A stretch of DNA of 64,000 nt from Octopus sinensis (Eukaryota), in contig NC_042999.1 of the NCBI RefSeq assembly GCF_006345805.1, positions 56,296,001 to 56,360,000 on the forward strand. Direction: 5' to 3'. A program made the position numbers and the translations under genes. Positions 13,140 to 26,719 of this stretch are shown piece by piece. The first letter of the stretch is position 1; the number at the start of each line of letters is the position of its first letter. The notes beneath the pieces are model-generated. The model was given only the letters and a program-made list of their open reading frames with translations, was not told where the DNA came from and ran no database searches.

Positions 13140-14850
13140 ATGATGTTGTTTATACTTTCTGTAAACCCCTTGTCGTTCATGTTAAGGAAGTCTGAAAGAT
13201 ATCTCACGGGTTCACAAGGAAGCAGGAATACCAAAATTACACAGTTTCTTTGTGGATGACTTGAAACTTTATGCAAAGAATACGCATAACATGAAAAAGA
13301 GCCTTGACCTAATTAAAACATTCTCAAAGGATGTAGGGTTGTAGTTTGGTCAGGATAAATGTTATATGGTTGTGAAAAGCGGGTAAACTGTAAACCAATC
13401 TAACAACATCTGCATCAATTATTTGACTGTTTCCCCTATCTGATGAGGAATATTACAGGTATCTTGGGGTGGATGAAAATATATCTTACAATGGCACCTG
13501 TAACAAAACACGTGTCAATAAAGAATTTCACAACTGAACAAAGAAAATTTGGACCTCAGAACTCTCTGATTCAATAAAACAGTGTTGCACAATGTGGTTG
13601 CAGTGCCAGTACTCATACCAACATTTGGGCTGCTTGATTGGCTGTTTGATGAGATCCGAACCATTGATGTGAACCCCCCCCCACCAAATACTAACAAGCA
13701 CACATAATTTCCACAAGCTTAACATCGATTCAAAATGCCTTTGAATATCGTATCATATCCCTTCGGCAACATCTTTTAACCACCAAGTGTCGAAGTGCAT
13801 CCTTTGACCAAGTTTGCATACATGAAGCTGGTAACATCATAAGACTTGGAAGGCAGCTCCTTGAGCAACATTCATTGTCCGATAACCTAGAATGCTCGCC
13901 CAAAAAAGTCGCACGACTCTACCACAACATATCATCAGATGAAAGGATGAACCTATGGGAGCAGAAGACTATGCATGGATATGTTTATTAGTAGAAAGCT
14001 CCGAGAAAGATAGTAACATCGATCATCAAAGCAGTCTATCTTGGGCGAATAGCCGGATTACTACCCCCACTTTGAAGGGTATGAGTTTGCAATCCAGGAA
14101 CAGGAAATATCAACCAAGTACCTGATGCACAAAAGGGATAGAGATGCAAGAAAAGCAGTAAAATGTGACAGCCGATGCAGACCTTGTGGAGTTAACACCG
14201 AAGATATCACCCACATCATAAGCAGTTGTCCGAAGATGTCATCATGGTATTATCTACCGATGAGACATGATGTTGTAGCTAGGACACTATATAATGAAAT
14301 TCGTCGGAGTGATAACTCCGAGAACACAGAAATAAGAACCCACAGTATGGTAGAAGCCATAGCCACTCATAATAAAAAGGAGTACTGATGGAATGTCCCA
14401 GTGAAGACCTCAATAAAATGTAAGCACAACAGACCTGATATAATGATTTAGGATGGAGAGGAGAAACTGTGTACAGTTGTGGAAATCAGCTTCCCAGCGG
14501 ATGTTAACATAAAGCTGAAGATCAGTGAAAAAGAGACTACCTATGTTAAAGTATTGAGAAAACTGCAGTTACTCTATCCAGATTACAAGTTCAGGTTTAT
14601 ACCGGTAATTATTGGAGGCCCTGGGATATGCAACACAGTGCGTAAATACCAATCTAGAGAAGTTAGACTTCTCAAAACCAGAAAGGAGAAATCTAATTCG
14701 GATACTACGGATCCAATCCATCCCTTGAACTGTGAAAATCTGTAAAACTTTCCAGACGTTTATCATTTAAATATATATGAGCATGTCTAGATATGCAACT
14801 ATATGCATGAGCATACATACATAAAACAAAACATACAAATTTGTACATAT
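13140..14850 (+). mobile_element. R4/Dong-like RLE retrotransposon family 1 (RT end, CCHC, RLE, 3' UTR), embedded in (TACA)n
   Basis: VDDLKLYAK, CRPCGVNTEDITHIISSC, RHDVVA, NRPDI...EISFP...EK; stops and frameshifts; (CATA)n on both flanks. Confidence 0.92.
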
Positions 14851-15137
14851 ACATACATACATGCGTACATACATACATACATACATACATACATACATAC
14901 ATACATACGTACGTACGTACATACATACATTCATAATACATACATACATACATACATACATACATACGTACATACATACATACATACATACATATATACA
15001 TGTTTGCATGAATGCATGCATGCTGCATACATACACACATACATACATACATATATACCTACATACATATATACATACATACATACATACATACACACAC
15101 ATGCATACATATGTACATACATACATACATACATATA

Positions 15138-15173
<36 letters not shown>

Positions 15174-15780
15174 TATATGTGTGTGTGCGTATATATATAT
15201 GTACGTATATATATATATATATGTGTGTATATATGTGTTTGTCTGTATGTATGTATGTACGGATTGATGGATATATGAATGTATGTATGTATGTATGTAT
15301 GTATGTATGTATGTATGTATGTATGTATGTATGTATCGGAATTATAGCTCACGTGTGAATATATATAAACGAAATATAACGAGTGCAAAATGATCGAGTG
15401 AATAAAATATGGTCATTTTTTTTCTTCTGATTTAATTGTTAAATCAGTGGACGAAAAGTAACAGGAGCGACTTATATAAGATCGACTTGCTCTCAGGCTG
15501 GAAACCTGGTCCAAATGTTTGAAAGTAGAATGCACCCCCACTGAAAGTCTCAGGTGTCAAATAACCCAACCACAACCAGGTTTACCGCCTGGTTGTATCT
15601 GAATTATTTGATACTTGAAACTTTGGTTGTATCTTTGGCTGATGTCCACATAGTGGTAAGCATCGATGGATCAATGGGAAGATATTACTAGACATCAACA
15701 TATCTCCGTGCTTAGATAGCCTCGGGCAGACCAAAGCCTTGTGAGAGGATTCGGTAGACAGGAACTGAAAGAATCCTGTC

Positions 15781-15828
<48 letters not shown>

Positions 15829-16154
15829 GACAAGAAAATAGTTTTTTGCCTCTTTTTATAGAGACAAAAGGGTTTATAAGACTGCAAAAAAAAAGTGCTC
15901 ACATGAAATTGAGAAAGAGATTGTATATATCTTCTGGAGAGGCAATTCTATAAATTTTTTTTTTTGCATATATATTTTTTTTACCTTCTGTGTTTTTATG
16001 TATTCCTTTTATATGTTGTAAGGCCATGGTAATATTTATATATGATCAAGTGTATGGAAGCGTGGTGTTATATAAAGTCGTTGTTTGTTCTCTAACCAAT
16101 GCTTACACACACACACACATATATATATATATTGCAGGTAATATATATATATCG

Positions 16155-17331
16155 TCTACGTTTTGATTCATGCCACCCAAAACACACTAAAACAAACATC
16201 CCCTTCAAACTTGCAAGAAGGATATGCACAATAGTGTCAGAACAAAATACCAGGAACTTTAGACTACAAGAACTCAAAAACACCCTAATTGACAGACATT
16301 ACACAGCTCAACTCATAGAGGATGGGATCAGACGTGCAACAGAAATCGACATAGAAACTTTGAGAAAAGGTCAACACAACAACACACCTTCCCCGAAAAT
16401 ACTAACTTACATATCCACAAACAAAGAAGCCTTCACCATCATCACCCAGAATTTACCAATACTTCATAAGGACCCCAAATTAAAGGAAATTCTAAACATA
16501 CACAAAATAATTAAAAGCTACAAACAACCTAAATCATTTAAAAAGATTCTCACAAAGGCAAAATTGTTTTCTGAAATTACGGATGCAAAAGTAAAAAAAT
16601 GTGGTAGACCGAACTGTGCAACATGTCCAAACCTGCTAGAAGGATCAGAATTCCTCTTCAAAGAGGGACAAAAATTCAAGATCAAATCTAATTTTACTTG
16701 TGCCTCTGAAAACATAATTTATGTAATAAGATGCTCGGGCTGCCACCAAAACTACGTGGGGTCCACGGGACTATCACTCAGACGTAGATGCACACTGCAT
16801 CGACAACAGATTGCATTCCCAGAATACAGAATGATACCCTTTAGTGAGCACATTGAGAAATGCGCAAAGCAACTACTACCACAATTTTTAATCTTTCCAT
16901 TTTACCAATGTGATATTGGAACACCAACACAAATTAGACTAAACAAGGAAACATTCTTCATTGAAAAATATAAGCCTAAACTTAACCACTCCAACATTCT
17001 TATACAGAGAAACTCAACCCCCCAAAAAGGCAAGAAATATTAAGCGATTATCTCCCTTACACCGGAAGAAATCACTTATTACCTCCCCTTACCTGGAACT
17101 CTCCTTTACACTTCTCAACGAAATCATAACGATGTAAGAAATTTGAGAAGCTGAACGCGAAACCGGTCATTTCTTCAAAAACTATGTCATTGTATGAAAA
17201 AAATTTATAACCTTCTGACATAATGACTCAAATATATTTTTTAACCTTTTAAAACAAGCCTTCTGTAGTTTTTTCACTTTTTACTATTTTCTATATATTC
17301 AACTACGTGCTTTCACACACCAACTTTCTCA

Positions 17332-17335
<4 letters not shown>
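16155..17335 (+). mobile_element. Penelope-like element, 5'-truncated: RT thumb, GIY-YIG endonuclease and pseudo-LTR
   Basis: SCHPKHTKTNIP, CGRPNCATC, IYVIRCSGCHQNYVGST...RRRCTLH in ORF 16099-17043; hammerhead-like remnant at 17136-17175; flanked by (TA)n. Confidence 0.92.
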
Positions 17336-17373
<38 letters not shown>

Positions 17374-17378
<5 letters not shown>

Positions 17379-17815
17379 TTCTACCTGCAATGTTATATGG
17401 CTGTGAAGCATGGACTACAACAAAGAGAGAAGAGCAGAGACTGGTAACGGCTCAAAGAGCCATGGAAAAGTCAATGCTTGGTATCTCATTGAGAGAGCGC
17501 ATCAGTAGCGAGATCATCAGAAAGAAGTCAGGCGTGAGGGATGTCATCGCAGAGTATACACGCAGCAAGTTTTGATGGGCTAGACACGTCGCCCGGTTCA
17601 CCGATAATCAGTGGACCCGCGCAGTTGTCGAGTGGTACCCGCGCGAGCGGAAACGACCACCCGGAAGGCCTCCACGACGGTGGAGTTACGATTTCAGGAG
17701 GACGATTGGGATCACGTGGATGAGAAAGGCGCGATCCAGAGAGGAGTGGACAGGGTGCTGTGACCAGCGGTGTCAAATGGACGCCTGTCGGACTGGTCGG
17801 TCAAGGTGATCAAGG

Positions 17816-17816
<1 letters not shown>
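17374..17816 (+). mobile_element. RTE-clade LINE 3' fragment
   Basis: LPAMLYGCEAW, WARHVAR, KRPPGRPPRRW; short tcaaggt repeat at the tail. Confidence 0.88.
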
Positions 17817-17902
<86 letters not shown>

Positions 17903-18046
17903 GGTCCCGGGTTGAGTCGGGGTAACCACAGTAAATAAGGTACTCAATACATTGCAGAGTAAATTAATTTATTTTATAGAAGGAGCTCCTGATGATTTCT
18001 TTTGAATGAAACAGTTCTAGTCCTGTAGAAGCTCCTTCTATAAAAT

Positions 18047-18187
<141 letters not shown>

Positions 18188-18459
18188 CGGACAGACAGAC
18201 AGATAGACAGACATATCCACACACCTTGCACTCCCGAAAATATTCATAATCCAGAGAAGCGAATTTGTCCATCAGAAGATTTACAGTAGGATTGCTCACC
18301 CTAAGCGATTCTTGGTGCTTATCACTACTTAATGCGGTTAGCCGGAACCTGGATTATACTTGAGAGCTCTTACGGTACCCTCCTGAATTTAGTCCTATAT
18401 ATTCATCGAGTGTGTGTGTGTGTGTGTATGTGCGTGCGTGCGTGCGTGTTTGTGACTGG

Positions 18460-18655
18460 GTTTTCCCCCATCCCCGTTTAACAACCGATGTTAGTGTGCT
18501 TATGTCCCCGTACCTTAGCGTTTCTGATAGAATAAGTACCAAGGTTTAAAAAACAAATAGACCTGTGGTCGATCCATTCGACTAAAAATTCTTCAAAGTG
18601 GTGCCCCAGCATGGCCGCAATCTAATGACTGAAACAAGTAAAAGATAAAAAACAA
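18460..18655 (+). mobile_element. SINE family A 3' half
   Basis: gccccagcatggccgca...gactgaaacaagtaaaaga tail. Confidence 0.7.
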
Positions 18656-18804
18656 AAGATACAGTGTGTAAAAAACGAAGACCACATGGTAGCATGTAGT
18701 CCTGGATAAAAATTAAACAAGAGGGGATGGCCATGGCTAGAATACCTTTGTTCACAAGTCAGCCCAATCGGAACAGACCTGAGCTCTTAGTAACAATAAC
18801 CGTT

Positions 18805-18996
18805 TCAAATTTTGGCCTTAGGTTAGTAATTTTGTGGGAGGGAGCAAGACGATTATTGATGAAAAGATGAAAGCAAAGGCGATTACAGGTGAAAATGAAA
18901 GGTAAAGTCACCCTAAGCGGAATTTGAACGTAGAACGTAAAGAGCCGGAAGTAACACTAGTAAGTACTTTATCCGACACGCTAACGATTTTGCCGA
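18805..18996 (-). mobile_element. SINE family B, old copy
   Basis: atgaaaggtaaagtc...ggaatttgaac...gctaacgattttgcc. Confidence 0.6.
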
Positions 18997-19664
18997 ATGG
19001 TAGTTTGTATTACATAACTTAGAAAGTATTTTTTTTATTGGCTTCTGGTTATACTTCGAGTGAAGTACAGAAAATGGTTGGCACTAAGAGAATGTGGAAT
19101 GATGGCATTGATTACGATCAATGATAAATAGAATTTAAGAATTAGTGTCATAACGTAGCAGGCGGCAGATTGATGGCACTCAGGGGAAGAGAGAATTGCT
19201 AAATATAGAATCACAAACAAAAAATATTAGTAATCTGTTTGGCACCGGTTTCATATCTGATAACTAGATCGTTACATACCATTCTATTTGAAGCAGTGTT
19301 ATGTAGGCCAAGGAGGAAATGGTTTCCAAATAACGTACTACTAAATTGAGGTTATAAACGATTGTTGGATAGTCTTGATTCTATATAATTAATATATAAT
19401 TTATTTTATCGTTAAAGGTCAATAACTCTGACGGAAATCATAGAATAGAAGAGTGTAATTTTTTGTCCTTATTTCAAAATTAACTAGCGCGTCGATTCGT
19501 GCTTTTCCGGTAACCCGAGGACGCTGAAGCCGTTGTCGGCTGCACCACACGCGACCCGGGCTTGCCGCTGCCGCTGCTCTCCATCGGGTCGGCGATGTGG
19601 CCGCGTCCGGCAGTCGCCCATCGAGGGCGGTCGTAGCGTCGGTTGCGCAGTGGCGGCGGTGACC

Positions 19665-20200
19665 TATGTCTGGTTTCCTATTCTCTATCTCATGGTCGCA
19701 CTGAATCATTAAATTCCATAGGATCTTTGCATTATCATTTTCGATGATATCTTCAGGTTTTTGTTCGTACCACTTTTCGCTCTGTTAAGTCCATACTTGT
19801 TGCAAACTGTCCAATGGACAATCCTTGCTATATTGTCATGATATCTTTTATATTCTTTCTGGGCTAGTGGTGTACATTGTTTGGTAATATGCCATACGGT
19901 TTCACCATTTTGTCCACACATTCTGCACTTATCCCTTTCTGATGTGCTGTCTATTCTGTATTTGATGTAATTGGTTCTTAATGCTTGCTCTTGGGCATCA
20001 CATATTAGAGCCTCCGTTTCCGGTTTTAAATCACCTTTAGTCATCCAGAGCCATCTTTTTTCTCTGCTTGTCTTATCTTCAACATCCATATGAAATTGGC
20101 CACGCATTCTTTTCTTTATCCACCTATTTTCAGTTTCATTCATTCTCAAGTCCTTGTACAGTGCTTTATTGTTGCAGTTTTCCATCTTAAGCAAGCCTGA
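19665..20200 (-). mobile_element. R4/Dong-like RLE fragment, family 2, abutting (TAA)n
   Basis: RGQF...WLWMTKGDLKPETEALICDAQEQALRTN...CRMCGQNGETVWHI...YHDNIA...RKPDI. Confidence 0.9.
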
Positions 20201-20202
20201 CG

Positions 20203-20267
<65 letters not shown>

Positions 20268-20274
20268 CATTATT

Positions 20275-20372
<98 letters not shown>

Positions 20373-20381
20373 GATTATTAT

Positions 20382-20610
20382 TAAGACGGTGAGCTGGCAA
20401 AATAGCACGCCGGGCAAAATTCTTAGCGGCATTTGTCCATCTTTACGTTCTGAATTCAAATTCTGCTGAGGTCGACTTTGCCTGTCATACTTTTGCGGTG
20501 TGGAGGGGGGGGGGTTCGATAAAATAAGGGCCAACAGAGCACTTGAGTCAATGTTATTGACTTACCCTCCCCTCAAAAACCGCTGGCCTTGTGCCAAAAT
20601 TTGAAACCAT
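20382..20610 (+). mobile_element. tRNA-derived SINE family B
   Basis: gagctggca...ttcaaattc...gtcgactttgcc...ggccttgtgcc. Confidence 0.75.
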
Positions 20611-20699
20611 TATTGTTATTATTACTGATTGATTAATTTGGCTCAGGTTCGTTCTTATTCCTAATAACATTTTTGTGGGTAGCAGATTAGCACCTGTAA

Positions 20700-21985
20700 C
20701 CTAGGATATCCACAAGTTTTCAATAAAACCCTCCTGGTAATCTTTCCAACCCGTAAGAAACAAACTTTCTGTAGAAGCTCGATAGAACATTCTATTTCAA
20801 CCTCCTTCAAACATTTCTTTAGATTTTTACTCACAGTTCCCAGTGCACAAGCACAGCCTTTACAGTTTTCATACTCTATATTCTTTCAATTTCAAATTTT
20901 AAGGGATTGCATTTAAAAAAAATTGATCCTCTTTCTTTACAATACTGGAGTCAAAACAGACAGGAGGAATCAATTAATTAGCAGCTTCGCTTGTCATTGT
21001 CTATTATTATTGTTTAGTTTATTATTTCCTAATTTCTTGAATAGGAAAATACGATAAAATTTTGCATTTCTTTGACTCCAGCACTCTTTCGACTCGATGT
21101 TTATACCTTGTGTCTTCAGCTTCAAATTCCCATTTATGGTCATGCCTCCATTCCTTATATTTTCCCTGAGCCAACTTGAGATATTCTGCAACAATGTGTG
21201 CCACCGTCTCATTCCAAATTTCCCTCACTCTACATTCTTCTGATACATTCTCCCCATACACATATTTTCTCAAGTTGTTTGTTTCATCGCTTAACCCTGA
21301 GTTACTCTAAGGCTATCCTTTTTTAAAACCAGACCCAAGATTTTGCTCCATGTACACACACAGTGGCTTTCCAAAACTGGCCATGCAAAGAAAGGTTTCT
21401 AATCTTTTCTGCTATAGGCACAAGGCCTGAAAATTTTTTTTTTTTGGGGGGGGGGGGTAATTCGATTATATCGACCCCAATTCGTAACTGGTACTTATTT
21501 AATCGACCCCGAAAGGATGAAAAGCAAAGTCGACCTCGGCGGAATTTGAACTCAGAACGTAGCAGCAGACCAAACACCGCGAAGCATTTCGCCTGGCGTG
21601 CTAACGATTCTGCCAGCTCGCCGCCTTAAAGGTTTCTAATCAATCTGTTTAACATGCTCGCTTTGCATTTCATTCCTGTCCTTTTCACCTATTCCAACCT
21701 TGATCACCTGTTCATTATTCACTGTCTTTAGTAATTTCTCTGCACTGTTCTGTAGATAGGCCTTTTTTTTCTTTCCATCTGTACACACTTTTCCACAGCA
21801 GTTTAGCCTCTCCCACTCTGGCCTCTCTTCAAGTGCAACCGGTGGATATCAGCTTTCTAATGCACGGCTCCATACATTGTCAACAGTTTTCTAGTTTTTC
21901 CGTCCAGTTTCTGTGTATCGCTTTTGGCCCAATCTGCAATTCCAACTGCAGATCAGATGACCGGTACACAGCTCGCATTCATTAA
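20700..21985 (-). mobile_element. Older R4/Dong-like RLE fragment, family 2, interrupted by a SINE B copy (21404-21629, minus)
   Basis: LHGQFW, ECRV...ETVAHIVAE...YKEWRHD; degenerate RLE downstream. Confidence 0.75.
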
Positions 21986-22522
21986 TTCAATAACATTGTT
22001 GTTGTTGTTGTTGCTGCTGCTGCTGCTGGTGTTGTTGTTGTTGTTGTTGTTATACAAAACGGAGTGTAATTTATTCGTGACAGTAATATTAACTTCATAT
22101 CAGTTTCATGGAAATTAAAGAAACAAACAAAATAAATTACCACAAAACATGATTCAGACAGAAAAAAGAAATAGCCTTCATTATATTATTATCTGATATA
22201 AATTTCTGCTCCCAGTTGAAGGTCGTAAAAATGATGATATTGAACAAGACAACAAAAATTTAATATGAAACGAGAGAATTCTTTTCCCTTCGTTTCAAAA
22301 TATAAAATAGACAGCAATTATAGAAATATGAATAATAAAAAGGAAATTTATTACAGAAAAAAATGGCAGCTTCGGAAACGTGTGTGTGTGTGTGTGTGTG
22401 TTGTGTGTGTGTGTGTGTGTGTGTGTGTTGTGTGTGTGTGTGTGAGTGAGTGAGTGAGTGTGTGTGTGTGTGTGATTGTGTGTGTGTGTGTGTGTGTGTG
22501 ATTGTGTGTGTGTGTGTGTGTA

Positions 22523-22553
<31 letters not shown>

Positions 22554-22557
22554 TGCT

Positions 22558-25040
22558 GGATGGACCCGAGTGATAGAAGCTCAATATGGCAATAATTCCA
22601 CAATAAGATCTTTGAGGAACCAACTAGGTAATTTGGTAAACGAACTCGAGGAACACTTCGCTCAGCTTTTCGGGAGGAGCGGGGGACCGGGGAGCAGGAG
22701 GGACCTAACGGACTTCCTCGCCCAGCTGCCGCGTCTCTCGGGGCGAGAAGCAAAGGGCTGTGAAGGGCCGATCACAGCTGCGGAGGTAGAGGAGGCTATG
22801 GCGAACTGCGACGGGGGCAAATCACCGGGACTAGATAGTCTACCCTATGAATTATATAATAGTATGCCAGACTTGTTCAGGAACCTGCTAGCATGTATCC
22901 TTGCGAACTGGCAGCAGAATGGGTTCGTTCCCAGATCTGTATGCCGGGGAGTGGTGACGCTGGTTAGAAAGGGCCCGAAAAAGGGGCATTCAGTAGATAG
23001 CTTTAAGACCATCACACTGTTAAATACAGAGTTGAAGATTTGGGCCAAGGTTTTAGCGAAAAGGTTGGCACGGATCGCGGATGGACTCTTTGGGGAAGCA
23101 CAAACCTGTGCCATTTCCAGCAGATCCATTCACGACAATCTCCACCTTACACGCTATACCTTAGAGGGAATTAATAGCAAACCCGGCACGGGTGGGGCAC
23201 TGGTCCATTTAGACCAAGTTAAGGCTTTCGATAGGGTTGACCATCGGTACCTGGTGTCGGTCCTTGCGGCGTTCGTCCTGGGTCCGAAATTCCGTAGCTA
23301 GATCATCGCCATGTATGGCGGCTTTGACTCGATAGTTCCTTTCGAAGCCGTTCTGCATCAAACACTCGGTTCTTCAAGTCGTCAAGAGTGTCCTATCTTC
23401 CCACTTATGTGTTGGCTCTTGAGCCATTACTGCGAAAGCGAGAGGTGCCGATGAGCATCTCGAGAGAGCCAGGATGTGGAGGATCGATAACAGCGTATGC
23501 GAACGATATCACCATCATCGTATCCGAAGTGGAACACCTACAGAGGGTAAGTGATGCTATTAAGGAATACGAGACGGTGGCAGGAGCAAAGGTTAATCGT
23601 GAAAAATCAATCGGCTTGCAATTCGGCATCTGAAGGGGCAAGTCGATACCTCCTAACAGCGTCGTGGGACGTTGGACGGAGGGTCCGATTAAACCGCTAG
23701 GGGTCTGGTTTGGACCAGATCTCCGGATAGAGAAGAATTGGGGCGTGGTATTGAGAAGGGTAACCCACCAAACCCAAACCTGGTTTGGGCGGTGACTATC
23801 CCTGAAAGAGAGGGCGGAGATTGCCAATGTGTTTATTGCATCGGTGATTACTTACCGCCTAACCGTCGTGCCTTGTCCCGATTCGTTGCTAGCCAAGTTG
23901 GAACGACTGTTCTTTCGCTTTTTGTGCAAGGGCACGGGACCACTTGTGAGGCGCTCTATCTGCTGCCAACAACCGTTAAAGAGAGGGCTAGGGATGTCGT
24001 GGTTGATGATACGCAGACATGCGCTGAGGCTGAGGCATCTGTGGCTCTACCTGGATTGTGAACGAGTATGAACTCCGCTCGCTAAATCGACTTTTCCCAA
24101 GTTCACACGTTTTTGAGGACTGGAATCCTGAGTCTATCGTAGATCTAAGTTGGTACACTGAGTGCCGAAAGGCTCTCGTACTTTTCTATCTTTCGGGCAA
24201 TGCCGGCGGTGGTGGTTCAGCTACGTCATTCTATAGAGAGATGGCAGAGTCGAAGTGTGAGGATACCTTAGGGGAGGTCCTCGGCCTCGACGATGATCAT
24301 CTCACCAGCTTGTTCCGAAGAACATTCGGGCCGGGTCCCTGGATAATTTCCAAAAACGCCTGGCCTAGAAGTGTTACCGAAGAGCCTTATCTGTTCGGGA
24401 TAAGCTCACAAAGCATGGCTGCCCCGGCTCACCGACTAACAGTCCTGCATGCGATTGCGCAATGTTCGGGTGTGTCGGATCTGTGGACTTATGTCGAACA
24501 ACTGTTGTCAAGTATTGGAAGAGTGCAGCTGTCCGCTGAGTCAATTGTAAAAATTGACCCACCTGCCTCCTTGAATAAAGTAGGTAAGATTTGTTTTCTC
24601 GTAGTAGTGGCAGTTGCGAAAGAGGTTATAAGGAAGAGCAGAATGAAAGGACTTGTGACCGGCAACTTCATCTCTGGCCCTGTACTGGTGACTTTTTTCA
24701 CTTTGCATCTGAAAAGGAAAATAGGGCTGGAGAGGAAATGCCTGTAAGTTGTTGTGTTCTGGAAAAGATGGAAGAGTGTGGTACGGATGTTGCGAATGAA
24801 TGTACCCACATGAATATCCCATAAAAGATTTACCTAAAGTATCAGTTGTGGAACGGGGCTTATGGGGTCGAAGCAGAACCCGTCCCCTGTTTCATTGTTT
24901 TTGTGTCTTTGTTTAATCATTCGAAATACTTTGTCATGAATTTAAAAAGAAAAAAAACAATTTTATCTTTCTGTAAATCATCTGATCCTGCCAGATTGTA
25001 CTGTCCCTTCTTTTTGACCCCTAGTGGGTAATAAAAAAAT
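22558..25040 (+). mobile_element. Tx1-like L1-clade ORF2 (RT to C-terminus) with 3' UTR and AATAAA, inserted at (TG)n
   Basis: KSPGLDSLPYELY, FKTITLLNTELKI, LDQVKAFDRVDH, YANDI, GGL-like RGLG; ends gtgggtaataaaaaaat. Confidence 0.93.
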
Positions 25041-25046
25041 CTGAAT

Positions 25047-25430
25047 ACTCTTTTACTTGTTTCAGTCATTTTGACTGTGGCCATGCTGGAGCACCGCCTT
25101 TAGTCGAGCAAATCGACCCCGGGACTTATTCTTTGTAAGCCCAGTACTTATTCTATCGGTCTCTTTTGCCGAACCGCTAAGTAACGGGGACGTAAACACA
25201 CCAGCATCGGTTGTCAAGCAATGCTAGGGGGACAAACACACACACACATATATATATACATATATACGACAGGCTTCTTTCAGTTTCCGTCTACCAAATC
25301 CACTCACAAGGCATTGGTCGGACCCGGGCTATAGCAGAAGACACTTGCCCAAGATGCCACGCAGTGGGACTGAACCCGGAACCATGTGGTTGGTTAGCAA
25401 GCTACTTACCACACAGCCACTCCTGTGCCT
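25047..25430 (-). mobile_element. tRNA-derived SINE family A, full length
   Basis: Minus strand: A box tggctgtgtgg, B box ggttcagtcc, central (TA/CA)n, tail gactgaaacaagtaaaagagt. Confidence 0.9.
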
Positions 25431-25484
25431 ATACGGAATAGTATATTCCGACACAGCATTACTCTTTTATAAATCCTTTAGATG

Positions 25485-25572
25485 AACTCTGATGAGGAAA
25501 TATAGATGATTGTTATGGTTGGAATTATCTCGCCCATACAAACCTATATCTTCTCGAAACGGCCGCCAGACT
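25485..25572 (+). ncRNA. Degenerate hammerhead ribozyme motif with long stem II
   Basis: CTGATGA at 25489, paired gaaatatag/ctatatcttc, then GAAAC-GGCC-GCC (GTC expected). Confidence 0.45.
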
Positions 25573-25934
25573 TTGCAGTTGTTCAAGATTCCTTTTAAAA
25601 TCATTTTATACCAACTTCCTCATCTTTTTGGATTACCGCTATACATTCACCATCCGTATATTTTAATATCCTCGTTGATTTTAATATGGACATACATTCT
25701 CGCAAGTACATTTATGCATTTTTATATATTTATATACTTCTATATTATATCTTGTATATATGAGTGCATTTATGTATGCTGTGAAGTATTCCGACGCTTT
25801 GAAATATATTGGATGAATATGAACACTGACCTTTGAAATTATTCTCTCTTCCTTTGGTTTTATATTCCTTATGGTCTATTAGAGTGCTAATCAGTTGTGC
25901 TGTATAAGGGGATAATTATCCCATTTATTTCTTC

Positions 25935-25979
<45 letters not shown>

Positions 25980-26719
25980 TATATATATATAACAATAAGA
26001 CCGAACCTGAGGCAAACCAAAATAATAATAATTAAAATAATTAAAATAATGATAAGCAGAATGAATCAGCTCACAGTGTAGGTTTTTATTCTTTGAGAAA
26101 ATGAAATACAATTATGACTCTATGGAAATACAGTTATGTTTTAAAATATTTTTTCAACTGCTTCCGGAATGAAAATTTTCAGCAACGACTGGGGCATACT
26201 GAGACACAACGGCAACGTCGTCTTTTGTGTAATAAATAGAAACTGACTGACTGTAACAAAATTATTTCCCTGAAATCAAATAGTTTAATATACATTAGTT
26301 TCTGTAATGATTCTAAACATAGACGATTAAAATAGTTTTAATTCTGTCTGCTGAATTAAACAATACCTTCCGCAACAATAGTTTTTTAGAGCATAATGTT
26401 GACACAAACTTTATTGCTGTCTCAAATGTATTACATGTAATCTCGTTTATCTCTGATTAATTCATCACTGATTCGGAATAAAACGGTTTGTTCAATTCTG
26501 AACCATGTTACATTTATCAAGGTTTGATCTCTGATAAAATAGGTTGACGATCAGTCGAAAATTCTGCTTGTACTGCATAAGTGCGTTAAAACGAGCCCAC
26601 CCCTATAATGCTCAGCTCCCAGAATGCATAGACTATAACTTGTGTTTATCTGACCATTCTGTGAGACTGCGTATTTCTTTATACGAACTTACGAGCTGAT
26701 ATCCAACAATCTGAGATCA

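Noticed and set aside
16099-17043. 314-aa ORF as a domesticated host gene
   Set aside because: It starts within a microsatellite, is 5'-truncated and keeps a pLTR, so it is an ordinary Penelope fragment
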